From positions 310,001-374,000 of IMG/VR virus record IMGVR_UViG_3300046665_000548: 64,000 nucleotides of DNA; one strand, written 5' to 3'. Shown in pieces: positions 28,050 through 35,402 of the stretch. The notes below the pieces were generated by a model. It made no database searches and was not told the origin of the DNA. It saw nothing but the letters and a program-made list of their open reading frames with translations. Position 1 is the stretch's first letter. Each line of letters starts with the position of its first letter. Position numbers and translations under genes: made by a program.

Positions 28050-28196
28050 ATGTATCGTCGCAAACTTCTTCTTGAAGCCATCGATACCCAGGACGGGCGG
28101 CGGATATACTCCGTTGATGTCGGTGATCTTCCATTTGAAAAAGCCAAACAGTACATCGATCAGATAATCAGGACGAAAAATGTCTCTGACCAATAA
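28050..28196 (+). CDS. 48-aa protein resembling the portal (gp20) stem/clip segment
   Basis: GAGG RBS; MYRRKLLLEAI...RRIYSVDVGDLPFEKAKQYIDQI aligns with the window's portal YKQKELLEDAI...RRIFYIDVGNMPPVRAKAHIQAI. Confidence 0.6.
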   Translation: MYRRKLLLEAIDTQDGRRIYSVDVGDLPFEKAKQYIDQIIRTKNVSDQ

Positions 28197-28386
28197 CCAG
28201 AAGAGCATAGTCGCTCTCATGAAGCGCAGCACCATTCAAGCAGATGGATGGTATCGCGTAAGCGATATGATGTGGCCGGTGATTTCCGGCAAGCTACCCG
28301 ACGAACTAGTTGATGAGCGTAAAAACGATGACGGTGGATTTATTCGATTCACCGCCCAAGGAGAAATCGTAGCAAAGTATCTTTAA
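28180..28386 (+). CDS. Hypothetical protein
   Basis: AGGA RBS; coupled ORF. Confidence 0.6.
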   Translation: MSLTNNQKSIVALMKRSTIQADGWYRVSDMMWPVISGKLPDELVDERKNDDGGFIRFTAQGEIVAKYL

Positions 28387-28393
28387 CGGCGCG

Positions 28394-28690
28394 ATGAAAA
28401 ATGGGAGAGGCTTAATGATCATCAAAAATCGACCCGATTGGTGGAGACTTGCTTCGAAGACTGTTCCTCATCTGAAGAGATTTGGCGCTCAGAATGGAGT
28501 GTATTTCGATGAATCTGCGGCGATTGGATGTTTGAACCCCGCCGCAGATCGCGATCTCCATAAGTTGCTCTGCGATTTCTTGCGAGAGTTGCCCCACAAT
28601 CAGCTAGAGAAGACGTTCCCGTTCGATGATCTCTGTGATCTGTGCTCCGAACATGATCGCGTTTTCCAGACGGAGATGGAGCCGGGTTAA
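28394..28690 (+). CDS. Hypothetical protein
   Basis: ORF in a packed co-directional run; start may be the second Met. Confidence 0.55.
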   Translation: MKNGRGLMIIKNRPDWWRLASKTVPHLKRFGAQNGVYFDESAAIGCLNPAADRDLHKLLCDFLRELPHNQLEKTFPFDDLCDLCSEHDRVFQTEMEPG

Positions 28691-28692
28691 GC

Positions 28693-28887
28693 ATGGCAGG
28701 CGAAGTAATCTACGTTGATTTTTCGAAGAATGGTCTCAGCTTCGAAGATCGGATGTCTATTGCCCTGCACGAGTGGATAGCGTCCCATCCGTACGGGGTT
28801 TCGCCTGAAGACATGAAAGCTGAGATTGCCCGGCTAATGAAAAACCCTGGCTCATCGAGCCGACCAACAGGAGATACGAATGAATAG
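28693..28887 (+). CDS. Hypothetical protein
   Basis: Coupled ORF starting MAGEVIYVDF. Confidence 0.55.
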   Translation: MAGEVIYVDFSKNGLSFEDRMSIALHEWIASHPYGVSPEDMKAEIARLMKNPGSSSRPTGDTNE

Positions 28888-29167
28888 ACGCGAGCTATTA
28901 GGTGCAGCACTGACGACCGGGGCAGCAACAGTAATCGGTGTGAGCGCAGCGAATGCGGCGTCGTCCGTAGAGCCGGATGGCTGGATGATGCGCAGCAAGG
29001 ACTATTGCAAGATCATTCCGGACGGCGAGCTAGAGCGTTGGAAATTCAATTGGAAATATCTACTGTTGGATGGACGAGCAGAGATCGTTCCTTTGTACAA
29101 GGGCGACGCTGTGCCGAGAGAGCAGCTAACATTTGCTTCATTGGAGGAAATGAATAGGATGCTTTAG
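28880..29167 (+). CDS. Small protein with twin-arginine (Tat)-like signal peptide
   Basis: MNRRELLGAALTTGAATVIGVSAANAA; AGGAG RBS. Confidence 0.65.
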   Translation: MNRRELLGAALTTGAATVIGVSAANAASSVEPDGWMMRSKDYCKIIPDGELERWKFNWKYLLLDGRAEIVPLYKGDAVPREQLTFASLEEMNRML

Positions 29168-29276
29168 AATATTGACCAATCTGATTTGGATCAGTATTCT
29201 TCTCATACAACTTGAAAAGCCTCGCTCCGGGATGCCGGTGTCGGGGCTTTTTTGCGTTTTTAAAAGGAGAAATTAG

Positions 29277-29747
29277 TTGTCGCAGAAAGTAAAATGCAAG
29301 GCTCGTGCAAATCATATCGAGTACACACCAAAGAACCAGTACAGCGATGCTCGTCATCAGATTCGAATGAATGCTGTATGGGCGGGATCGAACGAAGCAC
29401 AAGAGGCTTCAGAGAACGGGATTTTCGGAAGAAACACTCCGCAATTCGATCTCAGCATGACCATCCTGAATGAGGCAGCCGCTAAACTGTTCGTCCCGAA
29501 CGCTGAGTATTACGTAACGTTCGAGCTAGCCAATCCGGTCACGGCAGAACAGATCACTCAGGTGGAAGAAACCGTTGCTCGTCTAGAGGAGACGATTTCC
29601 GACAGGCGGGCCAAATTCGAGCAAGCAAAGAAGGATGGCGATGATCGTGCCCTGGCCGATGCTGCGCATGATCTCAAGATTTACTCGAACAACCTGTCTG
29701 ATACGGCCTATGCTCTGACTCAAATGAGAGCACAGTTCAACGGCTAA
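29277..29747 (+). CDS. Hypothetical protein with coiled-coil C-terminus
   Basis: AAGGAG RBS before TTG start. Confidence 0.7.
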   Translation: MSQKVKCKARANHIEYTPKNQYSDARHQIRMNAVWAGSNEAQEASENGIFGRNTPQFDLSMTILNEAAAKLFVPNAEYYVTFELANPVTAEQITQVEETVARLEETISDRRAKFEQAKKDGDDRALADAAHDLKIYSNNLSDTAYALTQMRAQFNG

Positions 29748-29807
29748 CCTTGTTAGGGGGCACGCTTTTATGGTAGAGGTGTGCCCCACAACCAAGGGAG
29801 CAGGGAT

Positions 29808-30068
29808 ATGGCCGAAAAGTTGCTTTTGAAATGGGGCACCATCAAGGGATGGGAAGGCTTGACAGAATCATCTCAAGAAATCGCCAAGCGTTATTTTGAC
29901 GTTAAACAGTCCATGTCGGCCATGGCTGATCGTCCCGATGAAAAGCGAAAAGCAGTTCTCTGTGAACTCATCGATCAGCTTGACGGAGAAATCCAGAACG
30001 ATTGGTCTGGCGAGAAGATGACCAAGGAAGAGGCCAAGAAATACGTCCTCGAATACGACCAGCGATAA
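29808..30068 (+). CDS. Hypothetical protein
   Basis: MAEKLLLKWGTIKGW...IQNDWSGE.MT.EEAKKYV. Confidence 0.7.
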   Translation: MAEKLLLKWGTIKGWEGLTESSQEIAKRYFDVKQSMSAMADRPDEKRKAVLCELIDQLDGEIQNDWSGEKMTKEEAKKYVLEYDQR

Positions 30069-30075
30069 TACTTCC

Positions 30076-30285
30076 ATGTACGTACCGACCCCAGAGCAGT
30101 TGGCAATGCTTCGCAAAATCGGCCAAGATGGTGCCTATGGCAGCGATTTTGACGACGATGATCAGACGAACGAGACGCTGTGCGAAGTCCTTGATGCCGG
30201 TCTGGTCAGAGGAGAAGGTGCGCGCTTTGATGACTATTTCATTCTGACTGAATTCGGCCTCGCCGCCATTAAGGAAGAAAAATGA
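30076..30285 (+). CDS. Hypothetical protein
   Basis: Packed ORF, ATGA overlap with next gene. Confidence 0.55.
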   Translation: MYVPTPEQLAMLRKIGQDGAYGSDFDDDDQTNETLCEVLDAGLVRGEGARFDDYFILTEFGLAAIKEEK

Positions 30286-30506
30286 GCAGACGACAAATCT
30301 GGATCGAAGGCCGCAATGGCGTGTCGGTTGGTGTCTACGAGGGCGATCCGCTGATAGATAGCGAAGGCGTTTGCGTCTGGGAGCCTTTGGGTTACGCTAT
30401 GTTCGCGTTCTGGCCAGTCAGGTGCCGTAACGGCAAATGGCGCTGGTTTTGCGGCGTAGACCGGCATCGAGACGGCACTTATACGAAATCTTCAGGGAGG
30501 TGGTGA
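30282..30506 (+). CDS. Hypothetical protein
   Basis: AAGGAAG RBS; ATGA coupling. Confidence 0.55.
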   Translation: MSRRQIWIEGRNGVSVGVYEGDPLIDSEGVCVWEPLGYAMFAFWPVRCRNGKWRWFCGVDRHRDGTYTKSSGRW

Positions 30507-30508
30507 CA

Positions 30509-30784
30509 ATGCTAGATGCAGAGGAACACCAACAATTCATTGACACCAAGCGCCGCGCGCGAATGGACGCTGTTGACAAATATCCCCCTGAAATTCGACA
30601 GCTAATCCACAGCTATGGGCTGAACGTCGTTAAGTCCCTGTGGGATATAGGGGTAAAGAAACCTAAGCAAATACGGCACGTTGTCGAAACCGTTTTGGAT
30701 GAATTTAGTCCAACGCGTGGGACGTTTGCAAATCAAGGCGTCCGGAACCCCCTTCTCAAAGGGAAAGGAAACAATGAACTATGA
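30509..30784 (+). CDS. Hypothetical protein
   Basis: GGGAGG RBS; start adjusted from track. Confidence 0.6.
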   Translation: MLDAEEHQQFIDTKRRARMDAVDKYPPEIRQLIHSYGLNVVKSLWDIGVKKPKQIRHVVETVLDEFSPTRGTFANQGVRNPLLKGKGNNEL

Positions 30785-30948
30785 GCAAATATTACATCGC
30801 AAAGTGCGATCCTACCGAAGACTACCTCCAACGTAGCGAGGTGGTAATGCTGAAGGGGGTCGATCCGACCGAATATTCCCAGCGCGAAATGGACGCCAAA
30901 GTGCGGGCTCAGATGGACCTGGACCGAGCGAAAAGGTCTATCGATTAA
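30781..30948 (+). CDS. Hypothetical protein (55 aa)
   Basis: ATGA coupling; MSKYYIAKCDPTEDY...; followed by hairpin ATTCGAGAGGAG/CTCCTCTCGAAT. Confidence 0.45.
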   Translation: MSKYYIAKCDPTEDYLQRSEVVMLKGVDPTEYSQREMDAKVRAQMDLDRAKRSID

Positions 30949-30989
30949 ACGATTCGAGAGGAGCCGAAACTCCTCTCGAATTATTCGTC

Positions 30990-31577
30990 TTAGGCCGAGA
31001 ACGGGCTCTTGAACTTAACCGTCTTGACCTGAATCTTCGCATCCTTAGCGGCCTTGGCCGCAATACGTGCAGGACGACTTGCAGCGGCACGCAGTACGCT
31101 GTTTGAATTCACGCGCTTGATGATCGCGCGATTCTCGTCATCGCTGATTCCGGCAAGCAGGGAATCGATGCCAATCTGGGTGATCGAATAGAGGCCAGTG
31201 GCCTTGTCCAGATGCAGGTGGCCGCTGCGGGCCGGGAAGGTCGCGACAGAATCCGACAGATACCACATTGCCCACTCGACGCGGAAAACGAAGAGCGACT
31301 TTTCGCGATTCTTCGGCTGCACGATACGAAGCTGCTGTGCAGTGATTCCGAGATCGTGAATCAGATGAGCGGCAACGATGTGATAGTTGGTCGGGCCAAC
31401 CTTGTTCACGACACGCAGTACGTCCTCAAAGAGGGAGTTGTACGTCGGCAGAACATCGGTACCGCCGATCTTGGCAGCAGACTTCTGGGGAGCCATCAGC
31501 GCCAGCAGCATGCTGGTAGCTTCGGCCATCTGAGTCTGTGCGGAAACAATAAGTTCAGCTACTTTGGAAAGAGACAT
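30990..31577 (-). CDS. Mrr N-terminal-like winged-helix protein lacking a nuclease domain
   Basis: LPTYNSL...VL.V...F.FRVEWA..YL.......GLY.IT..G; basic C-terminal tail. Confidence 0.6.
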   Translation of the reverse strand: MSLSKVAELIVSAQTQMAEATSMLLALMAPQKSAAKIGGTDVLPTYNSLFEDVLRVVNKVGPTNYHIVAAHLIHDLGITAQQLRIVQPKNREKSLFVFRVEWAMWYLSDSVATFPARSGHLHLDKATGLYSITQIGIDSLLAGISDDENRAIIKRVNSNSVLRAAASRPARIAAKAAKDAKIQVKTVKFKSPFSA

Positions 31578-31697
31578 ATGAAAAAATCCATGATGAAAAT
31601 AACTCGGCTCGTCCGAGAGTGATCACAAAGTAGAATCGCAACCATTGCGCGGTCGATATCTTTTTTTTCGGGCGACTTCGTGGGTCCTAAATAGAGC

Positions 31698-32897
31698 ATG
31701 CGTGATTTCATCGACGGCGTTGCTTTGAGCAAAGCTTTTCAAGGTATTCTATTCCATGGTTCTCCCAACCATAAGCTGATCATTGACCACGAGAACGGCT
31801 CGCTATTCACGACGTTCGATGATGCGTGCAACTATGGTCCGAACGTCTTTGAATGCCGTGTAAACCTGCGCCGCCCATACACGCTGACCTCAGCCGATAA
31901 TCCACATGACCTAATGAATAGCCTTGGAAACGAAGGCTACGACGGTTGTATTATGGACCAGGATGGCGTTCGGAAGATTATCGTATTCGACGCCAAGTCG
32001 ATCACGTTCATTAAGCATCATGACGCCGCGTGTGATCTCGATGAAATGGACATTGAACAGAACGTTATCCTGAAAGAGTTTCGTCCAGGAGCCGGACAAC
32101 ACGTCTTGATGATCACCGGCAAGCTCGCCAAAGCCGGACTTGATCGCGTCATGAAGGCCCTAGGTACGGAAGACTTCACTTATGAAATCCGAAACCTAGA
32201 TATTGCAGTTGCAGCCTGGATCACGACGGACCTGATCAAAAATTCAATCGAAGACCTGGAAGGGGTCGATCTGATCCTGATTCCAGGCAAAGCCACGGGC
32301 GACGAAGAGCAGCTTGCGAAAGACCTTGGGGTAAAGGTCATGCGCGGTCCGGTCTGCTACAGCGAGCTTCCTGTGTTCTTCGAACACCACGGTGTTGAGA
32401 TCGATCCTGAAGGCATCATCCGGCCCAAGATCATCGTTCTGGGTGATGAGGCTGAGTACGCCGAAGCACTGAGCAAAACATACGAAGTACCGCACCTCAC
32501 GATTCACGAGATGCTAGACAGCCTCGGGAAGGAAGATGATCTTGTTCTGAAGATCAGCGAATTCATCTCGGATGGTGCGCCCGTCCCGCATTACCTGATG
32601 GCAGAACTCGTACGCAGTCGCCTTGTCATGCAGGATGTTCAGAAAGGCTACGTGCTGGACGGCTATCCCCACACGCCGCGTGACGCTATCTGGATGGATG
32701 ACATTAAACCGCAGCCGGACGTGATTGTTTCAATGGGATCGGCAGACCCTGAGGTGGTTGAGCACTATACGGGGAACCCGGCGCTCGTAGAGGTCGATTC
32801 ATCGGACCCAGAACGCACAATGTCGCTCCTCTACACGGGCGTCGAGATGTTGATGAGACAGTGCGTAAAGCCGGGAATGGCTAATACGAAAAAATAG
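31698..32897 (+). CDS. Fusion: ART-like domain + DUF6513-like domain + degenerate adenylate-kinase-like domain
   Basis: FHGS...YGPNVFECRVNLRRP...GYDG; ITGKLA..GL.RV...VAA.IT...LIPG...GD...LGV.V.RGP....LP.FF; GYVLDGYP with no P-loop. TAAATA 4 nt upstream. Confidence 0.65.
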   Translation: MRDFIDGVALSKAFQGILFHGSPNHKLIIDHENGSLFTTFDDACNYGPNVFECRVNLRRPYTLTSADNPHDLMNSLGNEGYDGCIMDQDGVRKIIVFDAKSITFIKHHDAACDLDEMDIEQNVILKEFRPGAGQHVLMITGKLAKAGLDRVMKALGTEDFTYEIRNLDIAVAAWITTDLIKNSIEDLEGVDLILIPGKATGDEEQLAKDLGVKVMRGPVCYSELPVFFEHHGVEIDPEGIIRPKIIVLGDEAEYAEALSKTYEVPHLTIHEMLDSLGKEDDLVLKISEFISDGAPVPHYLMAELVRSRLVMQDVQKGYVLDGYPHTPRDAIWMDDIKPQPDVIVSMGSADPEVVEHYTGNPALVEVDSSDPERTMSLLYTGVEMLMRQCVKPGMANTKK

Positions 32898-32918
32898 GCC
32901 AGTTTACTAAATATGTTC

Positions 32919-33173
32919 ATGGACATGGATCGCAAATTAGTCAGCAAAGAGCCCCACGAGATTTCTTATCTTGCGGAGAAACTAGGCGTTTCGCCAGAGA
33001 CTATTCGTCAGGCTCACAAGCAGGTAGGTCGTAGTCGCGCAAAGGTCGAGGCTTTTGTGAAGGCTCAGAAGGCAACCGCCGAAGCCGCTTTAGAAACACC
33101 ACCGACCGAACCCACCCGTGGTTTCGATCATCATTGGGTTTCTTCCCTCAACTATTCTGTTGACGTTCGCTAA
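32919..33173 (+). CDS. DUF3606-like small protein
   Basis: DR..V..EPHEI.YLA.KLGVS...I..A...VG.SR.KVE; TAAATA 5 nt upstream. Confidence 0.65.
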   Translation: MDMDRKLVSKEPHEISYLAEKLGVSPETIRQAHKQVGRSRAKVEAFVKAQKATAEAALETPPTEPTRGFDHHWVSSLNYSVDVR

Positions 33174-33182
33174 TACTGCGAG

Positions 33183-33190
33183 TATAAATA
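33183..33190 (+). promoter_or_regulatory. T4-type late promoter TATAAATA for the tRNA-Asn operon
   Basis: Perfect T4 late -10 box, 5 nt before the leader ATG. Confidence 0.75.
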
Positions 33191-33195
33191 AGATC

Positions 33196-33243
33196 ATGAT
33201 GATGAATCGCAACAATTCGAATAATATCGAGGGCCACGCATAA
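33196..33243 (+). CDS. Asn-rich attenuator leader peptide MMMNRNNSNNIEGHA
   Basis: ATG ATG ATG AAT CGC AAC AAT TCG AAT AAT ATC GAG GGC CAC GCA TAA: 5 Asn in a 7-codon stretch, upstream of two tRNA-Asn genes. Confidence 0.8.
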   Translation: MMMNRNNSNNIEGHA

Positions 33244-33297
33244 GCGGGGATTGCGATCTGTTATCAGATGCAAGCCGCCCCGCAGGGCGGCTTTTTT
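33198..33297 (+). promoter_or_regulatory. Transcription attenuator (protector 1:2, antiterminator 2:3, terminator 3:4)
   Basis: 33198-33212 pairs with 33251-33265; 33244-33260 pairs with 33265-33283; terminator AAGCCGCCC-CGCA-GGGCGGCTT plus T tail at 33272-33297. Confidence 0.75.
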
Positions 33298-33309
33298 GTT
33301 GTTAGGTGA

Positions 33310-33393
33310 TGGCCGGTGCCCGGAATGGTATCGGAGCAGATTGTTAATCTGTCGAGGGAAACCTCATTGCAGGTTCGAGTCCTGCCCGGTCAG
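33310..33393 (+). tRNA. Non-canonical tRNA with GTT (Asn) anticodon and long variable arm
   Basis: Acceptor TGGCCGG/CCGGTCA, G73; D stem CCG/CGG; anticodon arm GCAGA-TTGTTAA-TCTGT; variable arm GAGG-GAAA-CCTC; T arm GCAGG-TTCGAGT-CCTGC; followed by CCT, not CCA. Confidence 0.8.
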
Positions 33394-33418
33394 CCTGACG
33401 ATCAAAGCGTAGTAGTAT

Positions 33419-33493
33419 TCCTGGGTAGCTCAGCGGCAGAGCGTTCGACTGTTAATCGAATGGTCGCAGGTTCGATCCCTGCCCCAGGAGCCA
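33419..33493 (+). tRNA. tRNA-Asn(GTT)
   Basis: Canonical cloverleaf TCCTGGG/CCCAGGA, TTCGA-CTGTTAA-TCGAA, U1-A72, G73, encoded CCA. Confidence 0.95.
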
Positions 33494-33508
33494 CATTTTC
33501 AGCGAGTC

Positions 33509-33536
33509 TTGACAATTTGTCGAAACATGGTAGTCT
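33509..33536 (+). promoter_or_regulatory. Sigma70-like early promoter
   Basis: TTGACA-N16 (ending TGG)-TAGTCT. Confidence 0.6.
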
Positions 33537-33557
33537 GCGTGAAATAGGACAGCTTCC

Positions 33558-33920
33558 ATGAAACAGCATCTGTGTATTCACTGCAATAAACCCTTCGGGA
33601 GCGAACAGGCTGTCTATAGCCATATGTCGATGAAGCACTCAGTTGAGCAGGCGCAGGCTTGGCAAAAGCGCTGCAAGCAGATTGAGAGGGCTGCGGTGCG
33701 CCTCAAGCGGATCAAGGATGCTTCCGCTGCCCGCAAGGCGGCAGAACGTGCGGCACGCCTCGTTACGCTGTCCACTGGCGATATTGACGATATCATTAAC
33801 GAGATGCGCGACCTGATCAACATGATGGAGCCCTACTATTCTCAGGGCGACTGCGCTAATGATGCTGAGAAGTTGATCACTCGGCTCGAAGCCCTTGCGG
33901 ACGGGCAGCTTGTAACCTGA
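33558..33920 (+). CDS. Protein with N-terminal C2H2 zinc finger
   Basis: CIHCNKPFGSEQAVYSHMSMKH. Confidence 0.7.
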   Translation: MKQHLCIHCNKPFGSEQAVYSHMSMKHSVEQAQAWQKRCKQIERAAVRLKRIKDASAARKAAERAARLVTLSTGDIDDIINEMRDLINMMEPYYSQGDCANDAEKLITRLEALADGQLVT

Positions 33921-33921
33921 C

Positions 33922-34173
33922 ATGACCGGCCGCATGACATACAAGCTGGGCGACATCGCGTACTACCGTGATGGCGCTACGCAGCAACAAGTTCGCATCT
34001 CGAAGGCTAGTCGCACGTTTGCGATTTGTGTACCCTTGCTGACCCGGCATCGTGAGACAATCGACGGTCGGGAGACTGGCACGTGGGCGCGTTGGACGCC
34101 GGTAAACGGAGCACGAAGCAGGCCGCTCAATGTTCGAGTCGGCCATCTTACCCGCACCGCCGATCCGGCCTAA
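33922..34173 (+). CDS. Hypothetical protein
   Basis: Co-directional ORF filling the gap. Confidence 0.45.
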   Translation: MTGRMTYKLGDIAYYRDGATQQQVRISKASRTFAICVPLLTRHRETIDGRETGTWARWTPVNGARSRPLNVRVGHLTRTADPA

Positions 34174-34180
34174 ATATGAG

Positions 34181-34828
34181 ATGCGCCATTTCATCAACCT
34201 CGTAGAGACTGCTTATACCGACCCGTTGGACGAGTTCTTCACTGAGCTTGAACAGAAGGGTATCAAGCCCATCGAAGAGCTACAGAACATCCAAGCCCAC
34301 AAGGCGAAGAAGTTCGGAAATATGATGGAATTCGAAAAGTACATGGAAGGTCTAGGCTTTCACGTATTGGGAACAGGCTGGTTCTCGGCCGTGTTCTCGC
34401 ATCCTAAACTGAACTACGTTTTGAAGGTAGCCAATCTCGACGGCGCTTATCGCAAGTTCGTTGAGTACGCTTTTGCGAATTCGAACAACCCGCATCTGCC
34501 TCGCTTCAAGGGCCAGTTGATGCAGGTCACGTCTGACGTATTCATGATCCGGATGGAGATGCTGAACGAGATCGATCCGTCAACCTATGACGATTCGGTC
34601 AATCCCTGCTTTGCTGCGGCCCAGGCGATCTGCAACGGCGCGTATGGCGCAGAGCCCGACAATAGTCTAACCAGGACGTTCGTGGATATTATCGGCAAGC
34701 TCAAGGGCGTTCTGGTGAAGGCTGGTAGATGGCCAGCCAAACAGATCAGGCTTGATATGAAGGAAGACAACGTGATGTGCCGGGCAGATGGCACAATCGT
34801 TGTCACCGACCCTGTTGCGGTAAGATAA
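34181..34828 (+). CDS. T7 gp0.7-like protein kinase (paralogue 2)
   Basis: GFHVLGTGWFSAVFSHPKLNYVLKV...PHLPRF...LDMKEDNVM...VVTDPV; TAAATA 4 nt before ATG 34181; leader MRHFINLVE. Confidence 0.75.
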   Translation: MRHFINLVETAYTDPLDEFFTELEQKGIKPIEELQNIQAHKAKKFGNMMEFEKYMEGLGFHVLGTGWFSAVFSHPKLNYVLKVANLDGAYRKFVEYAFANSNNPHLPRFKGQLMQVTSDVFMIRMEMLNEIDPSTYDDSVNPCFAAAQAICNGAYGAEPDNSLTRTFVDIIGKLKGVLVKAGRWPAKQIRLDMKEDNVMCRADGTIVVTDPVAVR

Positions 34829-35344
34829 TCATTCAAGCATCATCTTGATCCAAACGTCGTCCGCTGGAGCAAGTTCCTGGACGCTCAAAATGGCTTCACC
34901 CTGATGTTGGTGATCGTCCCATTCAGGACGACATAGCATCCAGTTGCGCCCCTCTAGGCGGCCGATTATATCGTCGGTGAGTGTCTTCTTAGAATTCTTG
35001 ATGTAGTAGTAATTCTCGCGGGGAGGGATTGCGTCAAGCATCCCTTTAAACCGTTCGTGATCGATATTTTCCATAAACCAGACGCAGATGCCTTCCGCGC
35101 TGAACGAACCCATTGGCGACGGAGCCGCGTTATCGTACGAATCGCTTTGGAGCCAATAGCGATCAATCTCTATTGCTTTGAGAAAGTCGATACATCGTTC
35201 GTTTTCGAACGTGCTCATTGGAGAGACGGTCTCGCCCTTCCATCCTTTAAAATACAGACGTGCAGGCTTGGTGCGCTTCTCTTCGTAATCTCCGAAGGAA
35301 AGCGACCAGTGGGACATTTTTAGTACGCGATTTTCGTCTTTCAT
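34829..35344 (-). CDS. Hypothetical protein
   Basis: ORF; start shifted to avoid overlap with the divergent gene. Confidence 0.6.
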   Translation of the reverse strand: MKDENRVLKMSHWSLSFGDYEEKRTKPARLYFKGWKGETVSPMSTFENERCIDFLKAIEIDRYWLQSDSYDNAAPSPMGSFSAEGICVWFMENIDHERFKGMLDAIPPRENYYYIKNSKKTLTDDIIGRLEGRNWMLCRPEWDDHQHQGEAILSVQELAPADDVWIKMMLE

Positions 35345-35402
35345 TTTGACCCAGAATAGTCTGCTGGAATATGGTGAACCATATTTTATTTGGTTCTTTA
35401 TC

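Noticed and set aside
33316-33638. ORFs overlapping the tRNA genes
   Set aside because: Coincide with clear cloverleaf structures.
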